A DNA stretch of 15,439 nucleotides, taken from an uncultured Oscillochloris sp. GTDB lineage: Bacteria > Chloroflexota > Chloroflexia > Chloroflexales > Chloroflexaceae. The position numbers were made by a program, and so were the translations under genes. The notes below the pieces were generated by a model. It saw only the letters and a list, made by a program, of their open reading frames with translations. It was not told the origin of the DNA and made no database searches. The stretch covers positions 1 through 15,439 of the forward strand of contig CAIXLU010000243.1 of NCBI GenBank assembly GCA_903920315.1, given 5' to 3'. Shown here piece after piece: positions 14,949 to 15,439 of the stretch; positions within the stretch are counted from its first letter, which is position 1; each line of letters starts with the position of its first letter.

Positions 14949-15398
14949 GAGATCATCCCCGTCCTGCACGAACTCGGCATCGGCCTCGTGCCATTCTCGC
15001 CACTTGGTCGCGGTTTTCTGACCGGCGCGGTCAAGCGGGCAGAAGAGTATCCTGAGGGCGATTTCCGACGCGGCGCCCCGCGCTACCAGGGCGCGAACTT
15101 CGACGCCAATGTACGGGCGGCGGAGGAGGTGCGCGACATGGCGCGTGGGATCGGCGTCACACCAGGGCAGATCGCATTGGCCTGGCTGCTCCACAAGGGG
15201 CCGGACATCGTGCCGATCCCGGGCACGAAGCGGGTGACGTACCTGGAGGAGAACGTGGCTGCGGCGTTGGTCACGCTCGACGAGGCACAGATGCGGGCGC
15301 TCGACGAAGCGCTCGCGCCGGGGAGAAGGTGGCCGGGCCGCGCTATAACTCAACTATTATGGCCACGATTGAACGGTAGGGGGTATCTTCTGAGGTAA
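14949..15398 (+). pseudogene. Aldo/keto reductase (AKR) family, C-terminal fragment only
   Basis: The in-frame translation starts right after a TAA at 14946-14948: EIIPVLHELGIGLVPFSPLGRGFLTG...IALAWLLHKGPDIVPIPGTKRVTYLEENVAAALVTLDEAQ. This corresponds to the last ~150 aa of an AKR. The N-terminal ~170 aa carrying the Asp-Tyr-Lys-His catalytic tetrad is missing, and no other frame upstream encodes it. The minus-strand 189-aa ORF here is an antisense shadow. Confidence 0.6.
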
Positions 15399-15439
15399 AA
15401 ATAGGCAGGTGTCGGGGAGGGGCGCGTCGCGACGCGCCC

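Noticed and set aside
14784-15353. 189-aa minus-strand ORF
   Set aside because: This is an antisense shadow of the AKR fragment, whose + strand frame has clear family motifs. The Arg-rich composition is typical of a high-GC antisense frame.

Overview
This is a 15.4 kb window of high-GC (about 60%) bacterial chromosome with dense, mostly housekeeping and membrane-associated genes. The gene content and the style of the repeats look Chloroflexota-like, but that is a guess from the sequence alone. I can support 14 protein-coding genes and one gene fragment. They are: a BMP/PnrA-family lipoprotein; a UPF0104 flippase-like membrane protein; a HIT hydrolase; a small hypothetical protein; ribose-phosphate pyrophosphokinase (prs); a zinc-ribbon/PYGQPQ-repeat/TM2-like membrane protein; a CoxG-like SRPBCC protein; a divergent MetF (MTHFR)-like protein; a 3-TM low-complexity membrane protein translationally coupled to a DUF58 (vWA-fold) protein; pyrroline-5-carboxylate reductase (proC); a small secreted protein with a C-terminal anchor; a long flotillin/SPFH protein preceded by a polytopic STAS-domain membrane protein; and the C-terminal half of an aldo/keto reductase. 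The most unusual content is non-coding. First, a short tandem heptamer repeat (ATAGCCG)n recurs four times, always on the + strand and always immediately after the stop codon of a + strand gene; three of the four copies share a conserved TGAYGTGA-NN head. One copy is followed by a 38-bp near-perfect hairpin. Second, a different degenerate heptamer array (CAGATTG)n sits in inverted orientation on both sides of a GC hairpin just upstream of prs, and the adjacent hypothetical ORF is bracketed by a perfect 12-bp direct repeat. Other signals are two consensus sigma70-like promoters, a bidirectional intrinsic terminator, an 18-bp perfect palindrome in the leader of the STAS-flotillin operon, and a DUF58 gene with no adjacent MoxR ATPase. 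I see no CRISPR array, rRNA or tRNA genes, recognisable transposase or integrase.
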